Program-made: the position numbers and the translations under genes
Part shown: positions 37,254 through 54,394 of the stretch, piece by piece
Layout of the letters: each line of letters starts with the position of its first letter
How positions within the stretch are numbered: the first letter of the stretch is position 1
Assembly (NCBI RefSeq): GCF_009914755.1
Contig: NC_060936.1
Length of the DNA stretch: 64,000 nt
Source: the human T2T-CHM13v2.0 reference genome, Homo sapiens
Direction: 5' to 3' (one strand)
The notes under the pieces: model-generated
Told to the model about the DNA's origin: nothing
The model's input: only the letters and a program-made list of their open reading frames with translations
Database searches by the model: none

Positions 37254-37672
37254 AGTGGTTCTCAACTGGGGTGGAGGCAGGGTGGTGACTGTATTCCTAG
37301 GGGACATTGGGCAATGTCTGGAGACATCTGAGGTGGGGTGGGTGTTGCTTCTGGCATCGGGTAGATAGATACTAGGGATGCTGCTAAACATTCTTTAATG
37401 TATAGGACAGCCCCCCACGGCAAAGTGGAGGAGAAATTTACATTCATGCCAGGCATGGTGGCTCACACCTATAATCCCAGCTACTTGGGAAGCTGAGGCA
37501 GGAGAATCACTTGAACCCGGAGGTGGAGGTTTCGGTGAATCTAGATTACACCATGGCACTCCAGCCAGGGTGACAGAGGGAGATTCTGTCAAAAAGAAAA
37601 AAAAAATTTTTTTAATTCATATATTTAAGTAGCCAGTCCAAAATGTCAAAGTGTCAATGTGGAGAAGCCCTG
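37254..37672. mobile_element. MER20 DNA transposon interrupted by an Alu monomer
   Basis: GTGGTTCTCAAC...GGGACATTGGGCAATGTCTGGAGACAT...GGATGCTGCTAAACATT...GAGAAGCCCTG. Confidence 0.75.
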
Positions 37673-37880
37673 TTGTAAAGCAAAGGAGGACATGGTTGGC
37701 AGCAGGTGGGTGAAAGAGAGGATTTTTGTTTTCTGATTGGAGAAATATCATTTTTATATACTGATGGGAATGAAGGAGAATGTATCACTGGCTAACTGGT
37801 AGAAGAAAGGTTGAGACTGGGCACAGTGGCTCAGGTCTGTAATCCCAGCACTTTGGGAGGCCAAGGTGGGTGGATCACTA

Positions 37881-38450
<570 letters not shown>

Positions 38451-38826
38451 TAAAAAATTGAGTGTGTGTGGAGATGGGGTCTTGCTATGTTGCCCAGGCT
38501 GGTCTTAAACTCCTGGGCTCAAGCTGTCCTCCTGCCTTGGCCTCACAAAGTGCTGGATTACAGGTGTGAGCCACTGTGCCCAATTTTTATTTATTTATTT
38601 AGAGTTGTGTCTCTCTCTGTCACCCAGGCTGGAGTGCAGTGGCGAAATCATAGCTCACTGCAGCCTTGACCTCCTGGGCTCAAGCAATCCTTCCACCTCT
38701 GCCTCCTGAGTACTTGGGACTACAGGTGTGTGGTACCATGCCCAGCTAATCTGGAAATTTCAAAATATTCATCTTGAAAATCAATTTATCAAAGAGAGGG
38801 TAGGTTCTACGGTTAGGTCCCATTAA

Positions 38827-39066
<240 letters not shown>

Positions 39067-39082
39067 TGAACTGAGCTCAAGC

Positions 39083-39568
39083 TGAAACAGGAATTAAAAT
39101 AAATCAAAAAATGTTTAAACAAAAACTCAGTTGTATATAAGAAAACCCAATTCCCCTTGAGGAAGAGAAAGAGCTGGAGTCCTTTAAAATTAACTGCCTG
39201 TCTTTCTGTGGCTAGTGAGCCTTATCTCTCCCTTTCCCAAGCATTGTGAAGACCCTGTTTCTCTAGCTGTGCAGCTACAAGGTCACTAGACAGATAATCT
39301 CAAGTTGTAAAACATGTTGTTCCTTAAAAAGTATGAAATAATGTAATGCATGTCTCAATTAAATAACTGTCTTTGTTTCTTGCTTCTGTAATATGCTTCC
39401 CCCTGCACAGATCTGCCCCTGCCCCACGAAATGCTTAAAAGGTAACTTGACTCTTTGTTCAGGGCCCAGTCCTTTGGATGTTAATCCGACTGGGTTGGTG
39501 CAGCTTAATAATTAAATAATTCCTCCTCAACCCCTCAGTCTCTCTAATTCCTTAATTATCCCGCAGCA
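39083..39568 (+). mobile_element. Solo LTR15-like ERV1 LTR inserted in an old Alu
   Basis: TGAAACAGGAATTAAAA...CCCGCAGCA; TSD AAGC/AAGT; the Alu resumes on both sides (CTCAAGC | AAGTGATCCACCC). Confidence 0.8.
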
Positions 39569-40384
39569 AAGTGATCCACCCGCCTTGGCCTCCCAAAGTG
39601 CTGGGATTACACACATGACCCACCATGCTTGGCCAGATCATACTGATTTTAATAATATTCAAAGGACATGTATGGTGTTAAAACAACTTGGGACACACAG
39701 GAGATATATCCAAGGAGACTAGGCCTCCTCTTCCTCATGGAATCATATTCAGAAAGGATAATTTTGGAGCTGGAGGGCGTGTTAGAGGTTATCTTCATTT
39801 TATGTGAGGAAACAGAAGTCCTGGGATGGTAATTGGCTGTGAATCGTTAGGTCAGCTGCGTAACAGATGTAGAATGATGTGGATACCGTGGAGTGTTGGG
39901 TCAAATACATTGGAGGAACAACTTATAAATATAAATGTTCTGCTCCACTTAAGTTCATCTCTAAATGTCCAGCAGCTTCCTAAGAATGAAAATTTTTCCC
40001 AGCTGCAATCAGACATTTTTCTTAGATCTGTCTTTTGTACAAGGGGAAAAACATAACACTTATAAATTGCTCTAAGGGAAACATTACTTAACATCCCTTA
40101 AGTGTCTCCTGGCAGTGATAGGTTTCCTTTCAGTGGAAAAATAACTTCAGGACAAAGAATTTCCCTGAACAACTGGAGGGAATAAATACCACCAGCATCC
40201 CAACCAATTTTCCCTCTTTTCAGTAAAGAAGGTTCTAAGATGTCCAGATGGTCATTTTTATTTATGAGATAGTCAGACAAGTAAAAAGACTTAAATAATG
40301 GTTTAGGGATAAATCTCAAGGGGATTTGTGATAAAATAGCAAATGGGTGACTTTTTAAAAGCACTCTGAAAGCAGGAACTCAGC

Positions 40385-41682
<1,298 letters not shown>

Positions 41683-42604
41683 TAGCTGGAATTACAGGCA
41701 TGCGCCACCACGCCTGGCTAATTTTGTATTTTTAGTAGAGACGGGGTTTCTCCATGTTGGTCAGGCTGGTTTTGAACTCCCGACCTCAGGTGATCCACCC
41801 GCCTCGAACCTCCTAAAGTGATAGGATTACAGGCGTGAGCCACTGCACCCGGCCAACAAGCCTGTTTTTAAAAAGCCCACAAAACTTGAGTACAGAAACT
41901 GTGGAAAAACTCAGAAAGAAAAAAAGTGACGATTGCTCAGGCAAATGGTTCTCAGAATGGTGGGAAAAGCAGAAAAGTGCCAATGTGGACAATCTGTGGT
42001 GTCCTTTGCCCTGTTGACAGGAGAAAGTTTCACGTCCTAGTCTGACCCTGGCTCTCAAAAATGTGAGGCATTCCCCCAGTCTTAGCTTTCAAGACAAAAA
42101 AATGTGGGGCATTCCCTCCTGCTGGGGCAGCATCCACCCCATCATATTCTACACCCTAAGGTTGCCTTCATGCCAGGCTTGACCACGTCATTTACCTGGG
42201 ACCAGTATACCATTTTTGGATCTAGTCTGCCCAATTTGGCTCACTTCAGAGCTCATTTGGTTTGAGAGCCACCTTTGCTAAATCTTCTCCAACTGACTTC
42301 AACAAAGCCTCTTTTTCTCTGGGCTTCTACCGAACTGGGCATCATATGAACCTTGCAGTATTTCTTCATATCTATCTTGCTACACACATTTCCCATCAGA
42401 CCATTATGGTCCTAGAGAGCAGAGACCACACTGACATCTCTTGTGCATCCTTTCAATAGCTGGCATAGTGCACCCAACAGAGCAATCTACTCATATTGTT
42501 GCATGAATGGGTTACTGAAAATTACACTCTTTCAAAGTAACCACGTTTTGGCTGTGTGGGCCAGCTCTGGATTCCGACAGATTTAGGTTTAATTACCAAT
42601 TTAG

Positions 42605-42950
<346 letters not shown>

Positions 42951-42953
42951 TGA

Positions 42954-43441
<488 letters not shown>

Positions 43442-44723
43442 TGATCTCTAACTCCTGACCTCGTGATTCGACTGCCTCGGCCTCCCAAAGTGCTGGGATT
43501 ACAGGTGTGAGCCACCGCTCCCAGCCTTTTATTTATTTATTTATTTTTGAGATGGAGTCTTGCTGTTACCCAGGCTGGAGTGCAGTGGTGAATCTCAGCT
43601 CACTGCAAGCTCCACCTCCCGGGTACAAGGGATTCTCCTGCCTCAACCTCCTGAGTAGCTGGGATTACACACACCTGCCACAATGCCCAGCTAATTTTTC
43701 TATTTTTAGTAGAGACAGGATTTCACCATGTTGGCTAGGCTGGTCTTGAACTCCTGACCTCAGGTGATCTGCCCACCTCGGCCTCCCAAAGTGCTGGATT
43801 ACAAGCGTGAGCCACAGCACCCAGTTCTAATTTTTGTATTTTTAGTAGAGACAGGGTTTCGCCATATTGGCCAGGCTGGTCTCAAACTCCTGACCTCAAG
43901 TGATCTGTCCACCTCAGCTTCCCAAAGTGCTAGGATTACAGGCATGAGCCACAGCACCTGGCCCACAAAAAGTATTTTTTTTTTTTGCAAAAGTTAAATA
44001 GGATTTAAAACTGTAAAGTGCTTAGCGCACTGCCAGATCACCTATAAATTGGAGCTGCAGAGTTGAAGCAAAGTGGAAAATCATGATGGATGATTTATCT
44101 CAATATCAACACAGAACAGATGTGGCCCTAAAATTACACTCTCCTAATGGCATGGTCTTCCAAACATCTATAAACAAAAACGAAGGGGGAAACAAACCAA
44201 ATGCCTTTTGGTGGAATAGTATTACATCCCTTTCTGGACATAGCACCAAACTTTTTATGAAGGTCTTCAGTACTAATACTTTTGGGAAAAAGAAAAACGT
44301 CAAATCAAACAGTTCACATAGATCTTGTTCATGTATTTCCATGTACTGTAATCTTTCCACACATATGACAGTAATTAGTGGCATATGGCAATGATGAATG
44401 TAAACAGGATGCTTAAGAAAGAAGAACAAGATGACCATCGTCCTCACACTGTTTTGGGCTAACGTGCTTTTATAAAAGATTTTCTTTTCTTTTTTTTTTT
44501 TTAGACGGAGTCTCCCTCTGTCGCCCAGGCCGGAGTGCAGTGGCACAATCTTGGCTCATTGTAACCTCCACCTTCTGGGTTCAAGTGATTCTTCTGTCTC
44601 AGCCCCCCGAGTAGCTGGGATTATAGGTGTGCACCACCATGCCTGGCTAATTTTTCTATTTTTAGTAGAGATGGGGTTTCACCATGTTGTCCAGGCTGGT
44701 TTCGAATTCCTGATCTCAAATGA

Positions 44724-45073
<350 letters not shown>

Positions 45074-45275
45074 TGAGCAACCGGGTCCAGCCAATCTTTT
45101 TTTTTTTAAGTAGTTTTTTTCCTCCTGGTTATTAAGAGAACACATATCTTACTGAATTATAGATATATTTTACTCTGAATGTACAAGTCTTGTACTCTCT
45201 CCTGCCCCAAGATATTCATTGTTAAGTTTGCTGTACATGCTTCTAGTTTTTCCAGGAGTATATACAATGAAATAA

Positions 45276-45477
<202 letters not shown>

Positions 45478-45828
45478 TGAATTTTTATTAGAGACAGGGT
45501 TTCACCATGTTGGCCAGGATGGTCTCGATCTCCTGACCTGGTGATCCGCACGCCTCGGCCTCCCAAGGTGCTGGGATTACAGGCATGAGCCACCGGGTCC
45601 AGCCAATCTTTTTTTTTTAAGTAGTTTTTTTCCTCCTGGTTATTAAGAGAACACATATCTTACTGAATTACAGATACATACTACTCTGAATGCCTAAGTC
45701 TTGTACTCTCTCCTGCCCCAAGATATTCAAGTTTGCTGTACATGCTCCTAGTTTTCCCAGGAGTACATACAGTGAAATAAACATTGTATTGGGATCATAC
45801 TGTAATACTGTCTTCAACTTTGTTTTGA

Positions 45829-46086
<258 letters not shown>

Positions 46087-46250
46087 TGAGCCACCTCACC
46101 TGGTCGTCTTCTACTTTATTTAAAACTCAATAATGTATTCTAAGATATCTTACCATGACAGGATAGGTAGAACTGAACCATATTTAATTTTATGGATGGA
46201 CCATAATTTAGTTATCCAATTCCCTATTGAGAGATGGCTGAACTATTTTC

Positions 46251-48033
46251 TTTCTTTTTTTTTCCAGAAAAGGATTTTTTTTTATTCAAGTAACTGCAAA
46301 TAGGAAACCAGAGGGGGAGCCCCAGGCTGGGACAAATCATGGTCACCCCTCCCCAACAGAACAGGGGGAGGAGGTGGCCCCTACGCCCTTTATGGTTGAT
46401 TCGGGACCCCTTGCTCACTCTGCTGCAGCATCCTAGGGGCAGGGCCCCACCTTCCCTGGGACTGGGGTAGGCGGTCACCCAGCCTGCCATGCCCCAGCCC
46501 CTCTTCCCTACAAAGAGTATCTTGCGGGAGGGGATCGTGGGCAGAACAGGAGGCAGTGAGGATGAATATTTGGCGCTGGTAGCAGCAGCAATGACGGATG
46601 TGGAAGAATGGAACATTGAACAAAAAACAACACAACTGTTCAGAGGTAGTTTGTGGACAGAGGAAAAATGGAACCAGAACCTTGAGGGGCAGGGAAGAGC
46701 AGGAGCGGGGTTGGGAGCGGGCAGGGTGAGCTCCTTGCTATTGGTGCCCCATCTGAGGAGGGGGAAATGGCTGAGTGGCGGAAGCAAAGTAGGGTTAGGG
46801 GAGCAGCCCCAGCCCACCTCAGGCGGCGGACACAGGGCTCGTGGGCCTCACCTGGACAATAAGTGACTGCATCTCCATCACCACAATATGTACTCGATCC
46901 CAGGCGGAGGGCAAGGGGGCTGCGGCCACAGTGAAGAGGGAGTAGGGGACTCACCCCTCCTGCCTTCCTGTAGCCGAAGGGGGCTGTCCAACCTAGTGCA
47001 GGGACTAGGGAAGGTGGGGAAGGATGAAAAGTGTGAGCCCCACGTGGTGACAAAGACAGTTTGGCTGGGGGAATCCTGGGGGCCAGCACCCCCCTCCATT
47101 GGCCACACCTGCTGCTGCCAGGGCAGTGGAGTAGGGCGTGCCAGGATGAGATGGGGCTTGGGCCCCTTTTAAGGCCAGGGGAACCCTCCCAGGCCCCACT
47201 ATGGGAGGCCAGAGGGAACAGTGAAGCAGAGAGGGCGCCCCCAAACCAAAAGCCCAGAGAGCAATGTCCCCACCACCAACGGAGTGGGGACGCAGCAGGT
47301 GCAGGGTGCGGCTAAGTGAGATGCTAGCCTTGTCCAGGAGGGCATGTGTGTATGCGTGGGTGGGCGGGGGGAGCTGGGAACTGAGGCCAGGGGAAAACTG
47401 CTCCCCACTCAGCCCATGGGAGCCCTGCAGTGGCTGGTGTGCTGCGTAGTGTGGTGGTGTGGGCACAGGTGGAAGATGGGGGTGGCGGCCAGAGGCGGTG
47501 GTGATGGTGGGCCTGCGGAAGGGGCGAGGGCGGTGGGAGCGGAGCAAAGCTGTCCAGTCCCAGAAGGCAGCTGCTCCTCCAGTGAGGAGCAGGCGGCACG
47601 CACGGTTCACTGCTCCTCCTCCGAGGACTCTTGCGAGATGCCCTCCTCTTCCTACTTCTCCAGTTTTTTGGGTCTGCCCCTTGGTTTCCTTCCTGGAGTT
47701 ATGGTGGTTTTCCGGGTCTTGGCGGCACCCTTGTTTTTGCTTCCCTTTGGTTGGCCCCGAGGTCTCTTAGGTGTTGGCACTTCGCTGGGCTCCTTCTGAC
47801 TCCCTACAAGCGCTGTCCCAGGACTCATCGGAGGCTGCTTGCGCGGCCTGCCCCGGCCCCGCTTCTCAGTGCCCTCCTTTTCCTGCTTGGAGGCCAAGGG
47901 CTGGCTGGACTTCGAGCTCGACTCGCTCATCTTCCCTTCTCTAAGGAGCAGGTGAAAGAGTGATGGCTGGGATGCTTCTTGGAACCGCGCCAGCGCGAGA
48001 AATAGCCCTGGCTCGGAGTCCCAATTAGAGGAC
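46251..48033 (-). pseudogene. HMGA1P3: Full-length processed pseudogene of HMGA1 (HMGA1a splice form)
   Basis: Intronless 5'UTR + CDS (ATG 47930; premature TAG 47654-47652; native TGA 47609-47607) + 3'UTR with AATAAA (46286-46281) and A-tail remnant; exact 15-bp TSD GGCTGAACTATTTTC at 46236-46250 and 48034-48048. The P3 number is assigned from recalled location. Confidence 0.92.
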
Positions 48034-48049
48034 GGCTGAACTATTTTCA

Positions 48050-48050
48050 G

Positions 48051-48093
<43 letters not shown>
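48050..48093 (+). repeat. (TG)n microsatellite next to the HMGA1 retrocopy TSD
   Basis: Direct reading. Confidence 0.95.
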
Positions 48094-48094
<1 letters not shown>

Positions 48095-48390
48095 CCCAGC
48101 ATTCAACAATATGAAGTTGAGTTGCTTGATCAAAAATAATAAAATCTGGAGGCTGGGAGCAGTGGCTCACGCCTGTAGTCCTAGCACTCTGAGAGGCTGA
48201 AGCAGGAGGATCACTTGAGCCCAGGAGTTCGAGATCAGTGTGGGCAACATGGTGAGACCCCATCTTTATTTAAAAAAAAAAAAAAAAAAAAAAAAAGGCC
48301 GGGCGCGGTGGTTCACACCTGTAATCCCAGCACTTCAGGAGGCCGAGGCGGGTGGATCACGAGGTCAGGAGATTGAAACCATCCCGGCTA

Positions 48391-48648
<258 letters not shown>

Positions 48649-48709
48649 TTACCTTGTCTAAAAAGTCAACATTATAATTGTTTTTAATGTCAGCATTACA
48701 TTTCAATTA

Positions 48710-49012
<303 letters not shown>

Positions 49013-49182
49013 CTATCAAAAAAAAAAAATCAGACTATATTCATGTATAATTTATAATAAATCATTTGGAAATTGTCCTCTTGCATATATTAAAAAACAA
49101 AATATAACAAAACAAAACACCTACCACGATAAAGTCCCAAGGGGAAATGGTCCAGAAGCTAGTTCCAGCGCCTGTGGCCCGT

Positions 49183-49213
49183 GCGCCCCCTGCTGGCAGT
49201 AACGGAACTGGGA
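49183..49213 (-). promoter_or_regulatory. CTCF binding site
   Basis: Minus strand TGCCAGCAGGGGGCGC (49198-49183) matches the CCASYAGRKGGCRS core; upstream CAGTTCC resembles the U-motif. Confidence 0.75.
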
Positions 49214-49569
49214 ACAGGACCCAGAGTAAGCTGGTTTTCTATCATGATGGTTCCACAATTAAAAAAAAAAAAAAAAAAGGGGCCGGGCACGGTGGCTCAC
49301 GCCTGTAATCCCAGCACTTTGGAGGGCCAAGGCGGGCGGATCACGAGGTCAGGAGATCGAGACCATCCTGGCTAACACGGTGGTCTCTACTAAAAATACA
49401 AAAAAGTTAGGGGGGCGTGGTGGCGGGCGCCTGTAGTCCCAGCTACTCGGCAGGCTGAGGCAGGAGAATGGCGTGAACCCGGAAGGCGGAGCGAGGCGGA
49501 GCTTGCAGTGAGCCGAGATCGCGCCACTGCTCTCCAGCCTGGGAGACAGAGCGAGACTACGTCTCAAAA

Positions 49570-49941
49570 ATATATATATATCTATATAGATCTCTACAGA
49601 TATCTAGATATCTATCTATATATATAGATATTTATCTATAGATATATCTACATATCTATATATAGATCTATATATCTACATATCTATATATAGATATATC
49701 TATATAGCTCTATATATCTACATATCTATATATAGATCTATATCTATCGATCTATATATCTAGATATATAGATCGATAGATCTATATCTAGATACATATC
49801 TAGATATATAGATCGATAGATCTATCTCTAGATCTAGAGATAGATCTATATATCTAGATATATAGATCTATCTCTAGATATCTATAGATATCTCTAGATA
49901 TCTAGATATGTCTATAGATATATATACATACATACATATAT
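49570..49941. repeat. Palindromic TA/TCTA/TAGA/GATC low-complexity array
   Basis: Contains perfect palindromes of 40, 34 and 48 bp. Confidence 0.95.
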
Positions 49942-50691
49942 TTGGCTGGGCGCGGCGGCTCACGCTTATGCCAGCACTTTGGGAGGCCAAGGCAGGCGGA
50001 TCACTTAAGGTCAGAAGTTTAAGACCAGCCTGGCCAACGTGGTGATATGTTTAAAATAAAATTTTTTTTTCTTTTTTGAGACAGGGTCTCAACTCTGTCG
50101 CCCAGGCTGGAGTGCAGTGGTGCGATCATGGCTCATAGCAGCCTCGACCTCTAGCCACCAGGCCTGGCCCCAAACCTGTAATCTTGAAATGAATCAGGGT
50201 GGCTTTCTCTCCTTTCTGACATGTCTGTAACCCCTGTGGCAGAAGTTCCAACCCAAACACCAAAACTCTGATTCTGGGTTAAGAATTTTAATTTAGGACA
50301 GGTGCAGTGGCTCATGCCTGTAATCCCAGTGTTTGGGAGGCTGAGGTGGGTGGATCACTTGAGTCCAGGAGTTTGAGACCAGCCTGGACAACACAGCAAA
50401 ACCTTGTCTTGCTGGGCGCTGTGACTCACACCTGTAATCCCAGGACTTTAAGAGGCCGAGGTGGATGGATCACTTGAGGTCAGGAGTTTGAGACCAGCCT
50501 GGCCAATATGGTGAAGCCCCGTCTCTACTAAAAATACAAAATTAGCCAGGCGTGGTGGCACAAGCCTGTAATCCCAGTTACTCAGGAGGCTGAGGCAGGA
50601 GAATAGCTTGAACCTGGAAGGCAGAGGTTCCAGTGAGCCAAGATTGCACCACTGCACTCCAGCCTGGGAGACAGAGAGAGACTCAGTCTCA

Positions 50692-50949
<258 letters not shown>

Positions 50950-51200
50950 TTAATTAAACAAACAAAACCCCCCACGACACACCACCACCACTCTTTTGGC
51001 TTCAGGACTGTCCTTCTGTTTATCTATGGAGTAGGTTTTCACATATCCATTCCTTTTGCTGTGTGAACTGTGGTATTTAGCTAGCTTGTAATTCAAGTCT
51101 TTAAACAGATGCTCAAGAGCATTTAACCCACATATTAAAATCATATATTCACCCGTAAAAACAAAATGCAAATACTCTAATCATTCAAGTACTACCATAA

Positions 51201-51332
<132 letters not shown>

Positions 51333-51562
51333 TGAGTAGCTGGCACTACAGGCGCTCGCCACCACGCCTGGCTAATTTTTTGTATTTTTTTAGTAGAGAC
51401 GGAGGTTTCACTGTGTTAGCCAGGATGGTCTCGATTCTCCTGACCTTATGATCCGCCCGCCTTGGCCTCCCAAAGTGTTGGGATTACAGGCGTGAGCTAC
51501 CGCGTCTGGCCGTTTTTTTTTTTTGAGACGAAGTTTCACTCGTTGCCCAGGCTGGAGTGTAA

Positions 51563-52016
<454 letters not shown>

Positions 52017-52194
52017 TAGTAGAGACCAGGTTTCTCCGTGTTAGTCAGGCTAGTCTCAAACTCCCGACCTCAGGTGATCTGCCCGCCTGGGCCTCCCAAA
52101 GTGCTGGGATTACAGGCGTGATCCACTGCGCCTGGCCATATTAGTATATTTTATTTCATACATATACACAGAGAGAAAAAAAAGAAAAAGAGAA

Positions 52195-52590
52195 AAGAAA
52201 GCACTGATATATGCTCTAACATGGATGAATTAGAAAACATTAAGTCAAAGAAGCTAGACATAAAAGGCCACATGTTGTATAAAAAATTCAATTTACATGA
52301 ATTATCCAGAATAAGCAAATCCATAGAGACAGAAAGTAGATTAATACTGGGAGGAGGGGTGGGAGGGACAGGGGGCTTGGGGAGGAATGTGGGGTGGGGT
52401 GGCTGCTAAAGAGTGCAGGTTCACTACACCGGGGTGATGAAAATGCTCTGGATTTACTGGGGATGGTTGTAAAACTTCATGTATATACTAAAAAAAGTGA
52501 ATTGTACACTTTAAAAGGGCATTATGGAATGTGAATTTTATCTCAAAACAAATTGTAAGTGAATGTCAAAGACTGGCAATAAAGTTTTTC
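52195..52590 (+). mobile_element. Old L1M 3' end fragment abutting the ARPC3 3' end
   Basis: AACATGGATGAA...GCAAATCCATAGAGACAGAAAGTAGATT...GAATTGTACACTTTAAAAGGG motifs. Confidence 0.7.
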
Positions 52591-52594
52591 TGAC

Positions 52595-52849
52595 ATGGAA
52601 TGTTAGAAATTTCTTTATTATTACTTATTCTTATTAAGCGCCAGCTTTAATGCTGCAGAAAATTTCAAATCACCCTTGATAACCCACTTTCTTTTCTCCC
52701 ACCCAAATTCTTGATCAAGAGTTTTTCAAGTAAAGACATGCTCTTCTCTCTTCTGTATAAAACTTTACGAAATAAAGGCAAAAGATTGTGTACATCTTGC
52801 TGGAAAATGCTGCCCAGGGCTCTGGAGACGGTGGCTGCCCGGGCTCCCT
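52595..52849 (-). terminator. ARPC3: ARPC3 3' UTR and polyadenylation signal
   Basis: AATAAA on the minus strand at 52619-52614, ~230 nt after the stop; cleavage position approximate. Confidence 0.8.
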
Positions 52850-52912
52850 TCACTGTCCAGGTCCTGAAAGACTCTTGTTCATGAACTGTCTCTTCACAAA
52901 GCAAGTCCACCA
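52850..52912 (-). CDS. ARPC3: ARPC3 (Arp2/3 complex p21-Arc) exon 7, terminal coding part
   Basis: [30 protein letters not shown] acceptor; total CDS including 6 nt from exon 1 = 537 nt = 178 aa. Confidence 0.96.
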   Translation of the reverse strand, partial: [20 protein letters not shown]

Positions 52913-52998
52913 CTAACAAGAGAGAACAACACAGAATGAACAGCGGGGTCAAATTACAATAGAATTTGCATTTATTTAATAATAAAATTTCACATTAG

Positions 52999-53261
<263 letters not shown>

Positions 53262-53804
53262 TGATCCGCCTGCTTTGGCCTCCCAAAGTGCTGGGATTAG
53301 AGGCGTGAGCCACCGCGCCTGGCCATAAACCCTTTTTAGACAAAGTCTCACTCTGTCATTCAGGCTGGAGTGTAATGGCATGATCTTGGCTCACTGCAAC
53401 CTCCACTTCCTGGGTTCAAGCGACTCTCTTGTCTCAGCCTCCTGAGTAGCTGAGATGACAGGTGCACACCATCATGCCTGGCTAATTTTTTGTATTTTCA
53501 GTAGAGATGGGGGTTTCACCATGTTGGCCAGGCTGGTCTCGAACTCCTGACCGCAAGTGATCCACTCGCCTCGGCCTCCCAAAGTGGTGGGATTACAGGC
53601 GTGAGCCACTGCGCCCGGCCTGCAATTCATTATTTAGTGTGATTCAGTGAACTCATATTACATACTAGACATATACTGGAAGTTAAGCAACATTGCAATG
53701 CAGAAATTAAAAATATTCTTGCAATGGAAGACCTTAGTGTGTTCAATGGTGGCTATGGGATAAAAGGTGATTTACCAATTAAGCAGGCAAGAAGAGGGTC
53801 TTAC

Positions 53805-53899
53805 CTTGCTGGGTTTATCATTCTGAGGGTCGAAAACTTTCTCACAAAGTCTCAGTCCAGTCTCTTGCCTTAGCTGTTGTAAATAGGCTCTCATCACTT
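53805..53899 (-). CDS. ARPC3: ARPC3 exon 6
   Basis: (E)[31 protein letters not shown]; TTTTAG / GTAAGA; 95 nt. Confidence 0.96.
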
Positions 53900-54251
53900 C
53901 TAAAACAGAACAATTTAAAAAAAACTGTATTTGCAAATACATCCCAAATGTACTGGTTGCAGCTCTGGATGCTCACTGTGGTAATACATTTTTATACATT
54001 TGAACAGGATACAAAATAGAAATGACAGTCCAGATAGTTTTATAACTATATTTGTTTTTGTTCAAAAGATTTTCTGCATGTCATCCTTGTTGCCAAGAAT
54101 CGTTTGTGAGAGTGACTAATAAGATAATGTACTTCCTATGATTTCACTCTCAATCTGTACATGAATCAAGGCAAGAAAAAGAGGGGTGGTAGGAAGTCAA
54201 ATGGAGAAAATCTTCTTGTGTCACAGAGTGAGGATAGAGACCTGTTCTTAC

Positions 54252-54378
54252 CATCTTCCTGTTTGTTTGCAGGTTTGGCATAAATTGCGTTAAGTGGAAA
54301 ACCAGGCTCTCCAGGAATGGGAAAATTAGTGATTCCCAGCGTATACATTTCTTTCTCACCTTGGCTTTTGGAATTGCA
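54252..54378 (-). CDS. ARPC3: ARPC3 exon 5
   Basis: [42 protein letters not shown](E); T13-CCAG / GTAAGA; 127 nt. Confidence 0.96.
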
Positions 54379-54382
54379 CTGG

Positions 54383-54394
54383 AAAAAAAAAAAA

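Noticed and set aside
44083-44394. 103-aa ATG-initiated ORF in non-Alu intergenic sequence
   Set aside because: No recognisable domain, promoter or splice context; a length expected by chance in 64 kb
46224-47799. Several 125-201 aa ORFs on both strands
   Set aside because: GC-rich HMGA1 3'UTR and antisense frames with few stop codons
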